Part shown: positions 38,360 to 51,341 of the stretch, one piece after another
Layout: each line of letters opens with the position of its first letter
Position numbering within the stretch: position 1 is the stretch's first letter
Source: Octopus sinensis
Taxonomy: Eukaryota
Reading direction: 5' to 3'
Length of the DNA stretch: 64,000 nucleotides
NCBI RefSeq assembly: GCF_006345805.1
Contig: NC_042998.1
Coordinates: 62,248,001-62,312,000, forward strand
Translations under genes and position numbers: made by a program
The notes under the pieces: generated by a model
Databases searched by the model: none
What the model saw: only the letters and a program-made list of their open reading frames with translations
Told to the model about the DNA's origin: nothing

Positions 38360-39815
38360 GTAAGTGTTTTTTGAGTTGTTTAATAGGAATCCTGCTGTTT
38401 CCCACTCTCTCTCCTTCTCCTGCACTTCTCTCTGGTTGGGCAACCATGTATTTTCCTTGCAGTAGCCCCCTGTTTCTGTCTTCATTCCTGATCTCTCTCT
38501 CTCTCCGGCTGGGTACTACAGCAAGACACCTCTATATGGCTCACCATTACTTTTCCATCATCACCTACTCCAATGCCTCCTCCCCTCTTAAAATGTGTTT
38601 TTGTTTTTTTATGTCTTACAAGTACTTGGTGACACTGTCAGTGCAGGTGCCACTTAAAAACATCCAGTCCACACTGTAAAGTGGTAGGTGTTTGGAAGGG
38701 CATCCAGCTGTAAAAACCTCGCCAAAACTGATCTTGCCTGTGCTTGTGCCATGTAAAAAGCACTAAGTTCTCTCTGCTGAGTGGTTGGTGTTAGGAAGGG
38801 CATCCAGCTGTAAAATTCCTGCCAAAACAAAGAAGTCTGGTGCAGGCTTCGGCCTGGCCGGCTCTTGAGGTACCATCTCACCCATGCTAGCATGGAAGGC
38901 AGATGTTAAACAATGATGATGATGAAGATGTTGTTAAGATGTTTGCTTCCCAACCACATGGTTTTGGGCTTAGTCCCAGTAGTATCTGGGACTGTAGTAG
39001 AAGGCACTTGACTAAAAACCCTTCAGAGCAGTGCTCTAAAAGGGTAAAAAAAATGGGTAAAGACCCTATTTGGTCATGAATGACCATGGGATTGCTCCTA
39101 CAAAGTTAACCTCCGAGGCACAAGTCTGCGCAAGGTTGTTTATGGAAGACTAGCAGTTGTGCTGTAGCATGATCACATCCAATACTAATGACTGAATCCA
39201 GTGAAAATATAATGGAGTAAACATTTATTTTTTGTTCGGTCCTGGATTAAACAGTTAATGTAATCAGCAAGAATGTAGTTTCACTTTTGCTTCAACCAGA
39301 GGTTGTGGCCATGCTAGGGCACCACCATTTTGATGAACATTTTACACCTTAGCTGAGAGGTCTTTGTCTTGTGAGCTCATGAGTGCTGGTGCCACATAAA
39401 AATCACCTGTGCTAGGGTTATGTAAATGCACCCATGATGGTGCCAGAAAAAAGTCTGCCTTGCTGGTGCTATGTACAAAGCACTCGTGCTGGTGCCATCT
39501 AAGGGGCACCCATGCTGGTGTAACGTAAAGGGCACGCGTACTGGTGCCTTGTGAAAAGCACCCAAGCATCGGTACTTGTGTCATGTGAAAAGCATGCAGT
39601 ACACTCTGTAAAGTGGTTGGCACTAGGAAGGGCATCCATCCATAGAAACCATGCCAAAAACAAACAAACTGGTGCCTGGTACTGCTCTCTGGCTTGCTAG
39701 CTCCTGCCAAATGGTCCAACCCATGCCAGCATGGAAAACAAACACTAAATAATGATGATGATGATGATGAACTATGTGTTGGTCACTCTAAACTGTTCAT
39801 TTACTTCTTTTTCAG

Positions 39816-40030
39816 CTGAGTTTGTTCTGAATTATACTGAAGGTCATTTAGAAAGGGAGATGTTGACAGCTCCTGTTGATCGTGCCGGTAGTTTAAATTG
39901 CAGTTTGAACCCGGAAGACTGTGATCACCAACCTCCGCCTGATCCCTTAGCTGAAAGTGAACCCAAATATCTGTATATCACAGAAGTAACTGCACACACA
40001 TTTCACAAAATTGTTCTAAACACTTCAAAG
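39816..40030 (+). CDS. TXNDC11: TXNDC11-like exon
   Basis: ttctttttcAG / AAG|GTAAGT; 215 nt, phase 1 to 0. (A)EFVLNYTEGHLEREML...YITEVTAHTFHKIVLNTSK (cf. ITEVTTDTF). Confidence 0.92.
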
Positions 40031-40920
40031 GTAAGTTGTAAAATACCATTGCTTTCAGTTTTCTTAAGCAGAGATGTCTGTCTGGGGGTGAGGAAAGGCA
40101 CCCACACATGCACATGCACACACATGACAGGCTTCTTTTAGTTTCCATCTTCTAAATCCATTTGCAAGGCTTTGGTTGGTTCAGGGCTATAATGGAAAAC
40201 ACTTGCCCAAGGTGCCATGCAGTGGAAATGAATTTGAAACTGTGTAGCTGGGAAGCAAATTCTGTACCACATAGCCATACCTGTATCTACACAGTCCACT
40301 ATGACACACATACACACACACACATTCACACTCTGGGTAACATAGTGTGTTTTTCAAAGCTTCTTTCCTGGCATTGGCTACCAAATGTTATCATGTAGTA
40401 AGTCTTCTTGTCACATCCAAAAATCTGTAGAGGTTAAACGAAGAAGTTTTAATACGAGAAGATGGGTTGGAGAAGCCTTATTACAATTCACTACAATTGT
40501 TTCAATGCATCAATGCTTTCACTGGTCACCTGAAGATGCACATGTATATGGCTATTGTTGAATCATATTAATATGATATTGTGTATAATATATACAGCAT
40601 TACAAGGTGGCAAGCTGGCAGACACATGAACATACCGGGCGAAATGCTTAGTGGTATTTCGTCTGTCTTTACGTTCTGAGTTCAAATTCTGCTGAGGTCG
40701 ACTTTGCTTTCATCATTTCAGGGTCGATAAATTAAGTACAAGTTGCATAGTGATGTTGGTGTAATCGACTGGCCCCTTGCCTAAAAATTTCGGGCCTTGT
40801 GCCTAGAGTAGAAAAGAATATATGCAGCATTAATATAAATTATGATGACATGACTTAATCATCTGAAAAATTTTAATTTATTTCTGTATTTACCAAAACA
40901 CTATTGTTCTCTTTTGCCAG

Positions 40921-41033
40921 GATGTCCTGCTACTTTATTATGCCCCCTGGTGTGGATTTTGTGCTAGCTTTGCCCACATCTACCTGTCGTTAGCTAAATA
41001 CTTCCGAGCAGCTACAAGTCTCCTATTTGCCAG
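40921..41033 (+). CDS. TXNDC11: TXNDC11-like exon with the CGFC active site of thioredoxin domain 2
   Basis: cttttgccAG / AG|GTAAGC; 113 nt, phase 0 to 2. DVLLLYYAPWCGFCASFAHIYLSLAKYFRAATSLLFA; CGFC codons at 40951-40962. Confidence 0.96.
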
Positions 41034-41543
41034 GTAAGCTTCAGGTGTGATATTACAACAGAAATCTTTCATAGTTGTTTTGTTTTTCTTTCATATTAAA
41101 AAGTGTTAATTATTCAATTTAATTTGTTGGGGGTATATTGTTGTTATTGTTTAGGTTTTTGTTAGGCCCTGGTTGAGTTGGTAATGATTAGAGGCATTGC
41201 AGCTGTGACCATCCAACTTTTTTAGGAGATTTTTGATAATATTTTACGGTATGTCCTTTTATATCGAAGACAGTAGAGTGTAATTTTGAGGGAGATTTAA
41301 CTGTTGTTTTCAGCTTGTTGAACGTCCATATAGAAGTTTCCTCGGTTTATTGAGGTAGCAACACTTTTGGTGGACAAGAACATAAAGAATTACATTAAGT
41401 TGGGTAAGATGTTATCACTTGTTTAGCCCAAGGAAGTTTCAAACTCGGTAACAATCGGTGAAAACAAATTACAAAAAGATGGCAGCTGATATTTCCAGGG
41501 ACATAACTCTGACATTTTATTAGGAAAGTTTTTTTTTCAATCG

Positions 41544-41574
<31 letters not shown>

Positions 41575-41575
<1 letters not shown>

Positions 41576-42020
41576 TCTTGGCTTGGCTTCGCGAGTGAAG
41601 AATTACGGAGGTCAGATATCCACGTCTATTGCAAGCTTACCGATGTCCAACAAGTCCAGTTTGGGACAAACAGGCACAACTGCAGGGATTATATGGGAAG
41701 ATAGGCTAGTCAGAGTTGGTTGCTGTCTCCTTGGTATTCTTCCTTTTTCTCTTGTCTGCAAGGATGGTCGTATGAGTGTCTTCAAAGGAGACCTTTACCC
41801 AGCGGACAATGAGACGCCAAGCTTCGTGATCAGTAGCAAGAACAGACCACTTGTGGTGATTGATGTGGTAGGTACCTAGGGATTTCTTTAGGGAGTCCTT
41901 GTACTTCTTCTGTGGGGTTGCTCTATCACTGGGAGCAGAGCAGAGTTTGTCATAGTGTGATCTTGCAAACTTGATGATCCTCCACCCAGGTGACGTCACC
42001 TACTCACCATACCTGTGTCT
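41575..42020 (-). mobile_element. 3' end of an RTE (BovB-like) LINE
   Basis: RIIK...KKYKDSLKKSL....W..LATDHEAWR...FE...DKRKRK..., terminating in GCGAAGCCAAGCCAAG next to a (GT)n tract. Confidence 0.85.
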
Positions 42021-42034
42021 TCAACAGAGTTGGT

Positions 42035-42380
42035 GAATTAGGGGTGGTTGAGTTGATCTATTAGGGGTGGTGGAGGTGATCTATTAGGGGTGGTGGAATT
42101 GATCTATTAGGGATAGTGGAGTTGATCTTTTGGAGGTGGTGGAGTCGATATATTAGGGATTGTAGAGTCGATCTATTAAGGGTGGTGGAGTTGATCTATT
42201 AGGAGTGGTGGAATTGATCTATTAGGGGTGGTAGAGTCAATCTATCGGGGGTGGTGGAGTTGATATATTAGGGGTGTGGAGGTGATCTATTGGGGGTGGT
42301 AGACTTGATCTATTATGGGTGGTAGACTTGGTCTCGTAGGGGTAGTGGAATTGATCTATTAGGGGTGGTGGTGTTGATCC
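42035..42380 (+). repeat. 23-bp G-rich minisatellite, about 15 copies
   Basis: Consensus GATCTATTAGGGGTGGTGGAGTT; period seen at 42055 and 42078. Confidence 0.92.
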
Positions 42381-42729
42381 TTCATTTGGTATGTATGGCA
42401 GCCCTCCCTTACTCCTTTTGGGTGGTGTAGTTAATCTATCCCATAGTTTGACACCTTTCCCCTAACTATTTCCTGCCTTTAGTAACCTCATCACATTCTC
42501 TTGCAAACATTTCATACCAGTTCTTTCTCATCTGTAGGCGACTCAGTGTGTTGTATCTTACTTTACCCATCTTTCAGGGTGATAGGAAGGCTATGGAAAA
42601 AGAAGAAAGAAAAATGAATCATGGGACCATCTGCCCTTTTCCTCTGAGCTAACCCCCTCCCCCCACCAAATCAGTAACAAAACCAAACCATTTGCATGTC
42701 TGATTGTTCTTATTTTTGTTGTTATTTAG

Positions 42730-42810
42730 GATCAATGGTGATACGGAAGACTTACCATGGGAGTACACTGCGGATACATACCCTACGTTGCTTTTCTTCC
42801 CTTCTGGCCG
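42730..42810 (+). CDS. TXNDC11: TXNDC11-like exon (last visible coding exon)
   Basis: ttatttAG / CG|GTAAGT; 81 nt, phase 2 to 2. (R)INGDTEDLPWEYTADTYPTLLFFPSG (cf. DLPWEFMVDRLPTVLFFP). No stop codon, so the gene continues. Confidence 0.94.
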
Positions 42811-43933
42811 GTAAGTAGTTTCATGTGTCCCTTCTCTTACTGCTCCCCTCCTTGTGCCTTTCTCTCACTGCTCCTCCTTCTCCTCCTCATGTCTTTCTCT
42901 TACTGCTCCTCCTCCTTCTCCTCCTTGTGGTCCTAGTGGTGTTGGTCACGGTGCTGAGGGGTTGCACAATATTGTTGTCTCTGTTTATTGTGAAGTCATT
43001 CTTATTGAGATTCAGTCTTTCTCTTGTAGCACAATACACACTCACATGTGCACACTCTCATTCACTCACACTCACATCTACCTTTTCTTACTCACATACA
43101 CACACACTCGTTCTTACCACCCAACTACTTATATATTTTGATAATATTTTGGAAAATAGTAATTTGCTTGCCATTTTATTTTTTAATAGTTTATTGCATG
43201 ATGTACCTCTGTTTTAAGATAGGTACACTGTATCCTTCTTACATACACTGCACCCCTGTTTTAGAAGAGGTATATTAAGTACAGTGCAGGCACATGGCTC
43301 AGTGGTTAGAGCGTCAAGCTTATGATCGTGAGGTTGTGAGTTCGATTCCTGGACCGGGCTGCATGTTTTGTTCTTGAGCAAGACACTTTATTTCACGTTG
43401 CTCCAGTTCACTCAATTGTAGAAATGAGTTGCAAACTGTATCGACCTTTGCCTTTCCCTTGGATAACACTGGTGGCATGGAGAAGAGAGGCTGGTATGAA
43501 TGGGCGACTGCTGGTCTTCCATAAAAAACAACCTTGCCTGGACTTGTGCCTCAGAGAGTAATTTTCTAGGTGCAGTCCCATGGTCATTCATGACGAAAGG
43601 GGTCTTCTTCATTAAGTACATCATATCTCAGTATTAGAAAAGGTACACTGTATCTCTTCAAGTTGTAAGAGGCATTTAAAAGTGTTGGTGTGAGGAAGGT
43701 TGTCTGGCCATAAAACACTGTGGAACTATGGTGATCAATGATTAAACTGTCATGGGTCCAGTATAATAAACTCCTGCTTTAGCAAGGAAAATCTTATATA
43801 ATAATAATAATAATAAACATTGTGTACAGTGCTCAGGTGCACTACAATAAATTATCTTAATAAATTATCTTGTAGTTTATTGTATGAAACTGTCCTCATA
43901 CATATATGACAACTTCTCAATGATGCTCTATAT

Positions 43934-44188
43934 TAGTGGTCCTTAACCAAGGCCATATGACCATTGGGTTGGGTGGAGTAGTGGCCCATTTAAGATTTTT
44001 AAAGACTTATGAACAATAAATTCATTATACTTCTACAATACACAAAATATTTTAACAATTTTAAAAATACAATTCCCAATAATATTTAACTATATAGGAT
44101 TTTTAAAGCATGGAATGGCTTTGAGGGTCCACTTGAATAAAACAGGAACCAAAGGGATCTCTAGGTAAAAAATAGTAAAGAACCACTG
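43934..44188. mobile_element. hAT (Charlie/MER5-like) MITE
   Basis: TIRs (C>T)AGTGGTCCTTAAC...GTAAAGAACCACTG with 8-bp TSD ctctatat/ctttatat. Confidence 0.7.
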
Positions 44189-46216
44189 CTTTATATTGTC
44201 AATTTATCTCTTTTTAAGCCTTTTACTCTTTGTAGATTGATATTTTTCCATATTGATTTTATATTTTGTTTTCAAGAGTTGTCACGCAAACGGCACCTAT
44301 GCCAGTGACATGTAAAAGCACTTTCCAAGCGTCGGGCCTCACAGAGGCATGGACCAAGATTATTTGGCATTATGCTGGGCTTTGAGTGTTGGGCCTCACG
44401 GAGGCAGTGACTGAATCCATTTGGCATTATGCTGTGCTTGAGAAGAAGACCCATCAAGCGAAGTAAAACCCCAGTCGTGACAGATACCAGTGTCTTGCAA
44501 ATGGCACCTGTGCTGGTGGAACGTAAAAGCACCCATTACACTCATGGAGTGGTTGGCGTCAGGAAGGATGTCCAACAGTAGAAAACCATGCCAAATCAGA
44601 CTGGAGCTTGGTGCAGCCTTCCAGTTTGCCAGCCCTGGTGAAACTGTGCAATCAATGCCTGTATGGACAATGGACGTTAAATGATGATGATGATGAGGAA
44701 TCCATTACAGGTAGTTAAAAGGGTTAGTTTGAGAGTTGGGATTTGGTGAAGTTGTCAGTTGTGGGAAGGTAGTGTAATGATGTTCATGCCCACACACACA
44801 CACACTTACGCATGTACATGTACATATTCATAGCTTCACGCAAATTTTGGTAAATGTTTTCGCTTTAGCATTAAAACTGAACTGGAATCGACTGAGTATC
44901 CACTGGTATATTACAATATCGGTACACATCTAATTATGAAAATAAATTAGCCAAGTATTTCTCGTCTACAAAACATGGAGTTAAGGTATAGCTCGTCAGA
45001 AAGGTGGCACACTGCCAGAGATGGCAGAATATTGGATAGAATACTTTACAGTATTTGTTCTGGCTCTCTATGTCTTGAGTTCAAATCTGGCTCAGGTCAA
45101 TTTTTGCCTGTTATCCTTCTAGGTTTGATAAGATAAGTATCAATCAGTTATTGGAGTCATCTATTCTCTCTCTCTTCTATTCTCTCTCTCTTCTATTCTC
45201 TCCCCTGTCTATCTTTAAAATGGTTCCAGTGGTGTTGTGAGGAGGGTTTTGAGGAATCACTCACAGGATCTTTTTCTCCAGAAACGAAGGAGTAATGGGA
45301 GGGGTTAGCCCACTCTTGTTATAGAAAATACTGAGATGCACTGGAATCGAAGAATGCAAATAAAGACATCGTTTGTCAACTGTGATGGAAGAAAGAAAAG
45401 CGACCAGTGTTGGTGGTTTATTATTACAATTAGGAACATTAAAATCAGTGACAGCAATATTTAATTTAAAGTTTATCATTAAAAACAGTCTAAATTCTTT
45501 CGAACTGAAAAACGAAAATAAAACCAACTACGGCGAAGAGCATTAACAGGGACAATAACTCCATATTTTTATTTCTTAGTTATTTCCCTTGAAATCATTG
45601 AATTTTTTTTTTTATCTTAAATTGTCGATATAGACTTCGAGGGAATACTACATAACATAATATGAGATGCTGCTACTGCTGCTGCTGCTGCTGCTGCTGC
45701 TACTACTACTACTACTACTAATAATAATAAAGGAAGTGTTATGTACATTGTTTTGTCTTGGTATAAAAGATGGGCTACAGCAAATATTCTGCTCAATACC
45801 ACAGATTTGCTTGTCAATTGTTTGACCGTAACCAGTTGAGCATGTCCCTTAGTGGCTGACAATATGTGCATCTCTGATCATGAGCAGAAGTAGTGGGGGA
45901 GCATCATAGCCATGTGTTGAGAGGGATTCTTTGGGGTTTGAATAATTCACCTCTGGAAACATGGGTGTTTCATTCAACATTCTTAAACAACCCTTATTCA
46001 GGGACCTTTTGAGCAGGATGGGCTACTCGACCAGAAGAAAATTCTAACTGGGCCCCACCTGTAAGGTCATGTGCTGTTTATCTTGATATGAGATCATCAT
46101 GTCGCGCACACATGGTTGTGATGCATGTGCCTAGTGTACCCTTATCAGATGGGTATACTGGGCTTCATATATTTTACCCCAGTGTCACTTTGATGGCATG
46201 CACTGCTTTCTCACTC

Positions 46217-46252
<36 letters not shown>

Positions 46253-46294
46253 CCCAAGATTCTGAATTCGATTCCAGGCAGTGACCTGAATAAT

Positions 46295-46329
<35 letters not shown>

Positions 46330-47332
46330 CATCGAAAAAAATACCTTAGGAATGAGAACGTCATACAAGCGTGGTTGATATCAGTGCTGCCTGACTGGCT
46401 GCTGTACAAGTGGCATGTAAAAAGCACCATACGAACATGGTTGATGACAGTGCCACCTGACTGGCCCTCATGCCAGTGGCATGTAGAAAGCACCCACTAC
46501 ACTCTGGTTGGTATTAGGAAGGGCATCTAGCTGTAGAAACATTGCCAGATTGGATTGGAGTGCAGTGCAGTGCAGACTTCTGGCTTGCCAGTCCTCAGTC
46601 AAACCATCGAACCCATGCCAGCATAGAAAGCAGACGTTAAGCGATGACGACAACGACCATTATCATCATCCAAACAGTGTCACTTACTTGCAGTCTTCTG
46701 TGAAAACATGTCTGGCCTTGGGGAAATCTTATCTTGCTTGGAAATAGGAGAAGCTTGGCAACAGGAATGGCTTCAGGCTGTAGAAAATCTGCTATCTGAC
46801 TCTGACCTGTGCAAGCATATCAAAATAGTCTTTGAAATGATGACAATGATGATGATGATGATAATCATGATTGTAAATGTTGGTGAACACAATTAGTTGG
46901 CAATTAAACTAGCTGCTAAGAATATTACACACTCTCCCTCTCTGTCTGTCTCTGCCTCTCTCTTACTCTCTACCTCTCTTTTTCTCTCTCTTTCTCTTTC
47001 TCTCTGTATATATATGCTAGGGCAAGGCTTCGAAGAATTTTTATGCTGAATGAATTGACTCCAATACTTATTTTTTTTAAAGCCTGGTATTCTAATCAGT
47101 TCCTTTTGCCAAACTGCTAAGTTACGGAGATGTAAACATTCTAACATCAGTTGTCAGTGGTGGTGGGGAACAAACGCATGCGTGCATGCACACACACACA
47201 CACATACACATACACACATGCACACACAGACACACACACACACACACACATACACATACACACATGCACACACAGACACACACACACACACACACTGTAA
47301 TTAAGTATTTTTATATATATATCATTTATGTA

Positions 47333-47391
<59 letters not shown>

Positions 47392-48452
47392 ATGGACGCT
47401 ATGATGATGTTATATAATATATATACATATATATATATATATTTTTTTTTTACTGTTTATATTTTTTTACTGTTTATTTTTTTACTGTTTATATTTTTGT
47501 ACTGTCGTTACTGTCCTGTTTTTTAACCATTTTTTTACCATTTCTTACCCCTCTGCGAAAAGATCTCAGAATTTTAATTGATTTGCTTTTCGCAGGAAGG
47601 AAAGTTTCTTGTCGAAGATACGTCTTGCTTTTATCCTTCGAAACGTAGAGTAGATGAAACCTTAGTGACTGAAGAAGGGTTTTTTTCGTTGTGTTAATTG
47701 TCCTGTACTCCATTTTTTGTTGTTTTTAAAAAAATGTCCAGTTCCTTTGGTTTGTGTCTATGTTTTCGTTTCTCTTTGTGTTCGACGTCCCTTTGGTGTC
47801 CTGTACTCATATATGCATGTATATGTACATGTAGAGGTAGGTACGTACATATATGTTTATATATATATGCATATGTTTTATTTCATTTATTAATATATAT
47901 ATATATATATATATATAAGTATATAAAAGCATGCTGCAGGAGTGGGTGTGTAGTAAGAAACTTGGTTTCCACCCCTATTGCTCCGGGTTCAGTCCCACTG
48001 TATGGCACCTTGACCAAGTGTCTTCTACTATAGCCTCAGGCTGACCAAAATCATGTGAGTGGAAACGGAAACTGAAAGAAGTCCTCTGAATATGTATGTA
48101 TGTATTTGTGTGTCTGTATTTGTCCCCTCACCATCGCTTGACAACTGATGTTTGTGAGTTTATGGCCCCCATAACTTAGCGGGTCAGCAAAAGAGACTGA
48201 TAGAATAAGTACTAAACTTGCAAAGAATAAGTCCTGTGGCTGATTTGTTCGACTAAAGGCAGCGCTCCAGCATGGCCGCAGTCAAATGACTGAAACAAGT
48301 AAAAGAATAAAAGAATATATATATATATATATATATTTAAATATATTCATAAAATAATATAGGGTAGCAAAATTTTAGAAATTTCACTACCAGTGCCCTA
48401 GCATGTATAAAAAGTCAATAGACAATATATTTCCCATATAAAATTAGTGTAC

Positions 48453-48598
48453 ATTTAAACACAAAAGAGGTGACCCTTAACTGGCAGCCTTACATGCTAG
48501 AAGAAGCTGTCAAAACATTTTGGATGTTTGGGATGTTGTGACTGCTCCTTCTAGCATATTAGGCTGCCTGTTAAGGGTCACCTCTTTTGTGTTTAAAT
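48453..48598. repeat. 146-bp near-perfect hairpin (about 66-bp arms, 14-nt loop)
   Basis: atttaaacacaaaagaggtgacccttaactggcagcc... versus ...ggctgcctgttaagggtcacctcttttgtgtttaaat. Confidence 0.9.
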
Positions 48599-49019
48599 TT
48601 TATATATATATATATTATATATATATATTATATATATATGTGTGTGTGTGTGTATGTATGTGCAAACCCATTAATCTAATTTGTTGAAGTTCTCAATTGC
48701 TGGCATAATCCCAACACAGGATTGAAACCAGTTTAGCTAATTTCTCTTTTTATGTTCTTGAAGACAATCTGCTTGTATGTGTTTATGTATGTATAATACT
48801 GACATGCTGGCACTGTTTATTTTTCATACTAAAATTTACTATGGAGTATACCCAAGGATTTTATCCATCACAAAGTTCATAAATTAATTAAATTCATTTG
48901 ATACATGAAATAATCCAAAATATGGTAGATGTTTTGTGATCTAGTAAATTTAATTAATTCATTAAATCAATTTATGAATGTTGTGATAGCTATTATTGGG
49001 AATATGCCATAATGAACTA

Positions 49020-50041
49020 GTATATGTATATATGTATGTAGGTAGTTAGGTATGTACGTATATACGTATGTGAATGTATGTCTATATGTATGTATATGTA
49101 TTAATATACACACACGATTGTATCTATGTATGTGTGTATGTATATATGTACATATTATGTATGTATGCATGTGTGTGTATATTTATGCATGCATGCATGT
49201 ATGAATGTATGTATGAATGTATGTCTATAAGTATGTATTGTGTATGTGTATTTATACACACACATACAATTGTATCTGTGTGTGTGTATGTATGTACGTA
49301 TTATGTATGCATGTATGTATGTATGTACGTACGTATACATGTGTATTTATACACACATACAATTGTATCTGTGTGTGTGTGTGTGTGTACGTATTATGTA
49401 TATATGTACATATTATGTATGTATGCATGTGTGTGTGTATATTTATGCATGCATGCATGTATGAATGTATGTATGAATGTATGTCTATAAGTATGTATTG
49501 TGTATGCGTATTTATACACACACATACAATTGTATCTGTGTGTGTGTATGTACGTATTATGTATGCATGTATGTATGTATGTACGTACGTATACATGTGT
49601 ATTTATACACACATACAATTGTATCTGTGTGTGTGTGTGTACGTATTATGTATATATGTATGTATGTATGTATGCATGTGTATTTATACACACACATACA
49701 ATTGCATCTGTGTGTGTATGTATGTACGTATGTATGTATATACACACACATACATTTGTATGTGTTTGTGTATGTATGTACGTATTATGTATGTGTGTAT
49801 GTATGTATGCATGTGTATTTATACACATACAATTGTATCTGTGTTTGTGTATGTATGTATGTATGCATTGTATTTATACACACACATACAATTGTATCTG
49901 TGTGTGTACATATTACATATGCGTGTATGTATGTATGCATGTGTATTTATACACAAACATACAATTGTATCAGTGTGTGTGTGTGTATATATGTATGAAT
50001 GTATGCATGTATATTTATACACACACATACAATTGCATCTG

Positions 50042-50074
<33 letters not shown>

Positions 50075-50075
50075 A
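49020..50075. repeat. Higher-order compound microsatellite array
   Basis: About 10 units marked by ACAATTGTATCT, including a 260-bp duplication (ATGTCTATAA at 49221 and 49481). Confidence 0.9.
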
Positions 50076-51307
50076 CTTGCATGAAAACATTTTGTGTCAT
50101 ACTTTTTATTTGTCATAGGAATGGCAATCAGAGCAATTCCAGTTATAATGTTCAGCTGAACTAATTACTGCAGAAATATGTTAATTAATTAATTTCTTTC
50201 AGTCTATTTCTAGTAGTTAACATTTATTAATTAACAGAACGAGACAATGATAAAAGGAGAGAGTGTATTTAATAATTTTTTTTTAACTTCTTTTTAATCT
50301 CTTTCTGTGAGTAATTTAGTGTTAGGCAGATGGCAGAGTCGGTAGTGCCAAACAAAATACCTTGTGGTATTTGCTTGTATTTCTTTATGTTCCAAGTTCA
50401 AATCTCACTGAGGCTCATCATCATCATTGCTTTAACGTCTACTAATCCATGCTTGTATGGATCTGATGGAATTTATCGAGGCAGGTTCTCTATAGCCCAA
50501 TGCCCTTCTCACCAGCTCTTATCTGTTTTCAATCAAAATAATTTTTCCTCATGGCCAGACACATTCACTTAGAAGATTGGAAATAAAGAACGCCTCTTGT
50601 ATATTGGTGGTGCTCATTTACGACTACCATGCAATGTCAAAATGAGACACTAGCATTCTCTGTCTCTCACACACATACACACATGCAGACACACAGACAC
50701 ACACACACAGTATGGCCTTCTTTCAGTTTCTGTTAACCAAATCCACTCACAAGGCTGAACCTGTGACTGGGAAGCAAAATTCTTAGCCACACAACCATGC
50801 CTGCACCTGTGGTTGACTTTGTTTTTTTATTCTATTATTCTGTCATCATCATCATCATTGTCATTTAACGTCCGCTTTCCCTGCTGGCTTGGGTTAGGCA
50901 GTTTGACTGAGGGCTGGCAAGCCAGAAGGCTGCACCAGGCTCCAATCTGATCTGGCAAAATTTCTACAGCTTGATGCTCTTCCTAACATCAACCACTTGA
51001 TATATATACACACACATATATATACATGTGGGCATAGCAGTGTGGATGAAGGTGGACGTTAAATGATGATGATGATTATATATATGTATAATTTTTATTT
51101 TACTTGTTTCAGTCATTAGACTGTGGCCATACTGGGGTACCATCTTGAAGAATTTTAGTCAAATAAATTGACCCCAGTACTTATTTTTTGAAATTCTGGT
51201 ATTTATTCTATCTGTCCCTTTTGCCAAACTGCTAAGTTACAGGGATATAAACACACCAATGCCAGTTCTCAAGCAGTATAGAAGACAACCACAGACACAA
51301 AGGCTCA

Positions 51308-51341
<34 letters not shown>

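Noticed and set aside
42035-42380. CRISPR-like or true telomeric array
   Set aside because: Contiguous units without unique spacers, no cas genes, eukaryotic context, and TTAGGG is not tandem.
47630-47685. CGAAACGT followed by CTGAAGA, a permuted hammerhead-like pair
   Set aside because: No stem I pairing between the flanks, and no GAAA box after CTGAAGA.
49074-50164. Long Cys/Val/Tyr/Met-rich ORFs (up to 315 aa), and similar ORFs at 17715-18114 and 63074-63738
   Set aside because: Translations of TA/CA/TATG microsatellites, which lack stop codons by composition.
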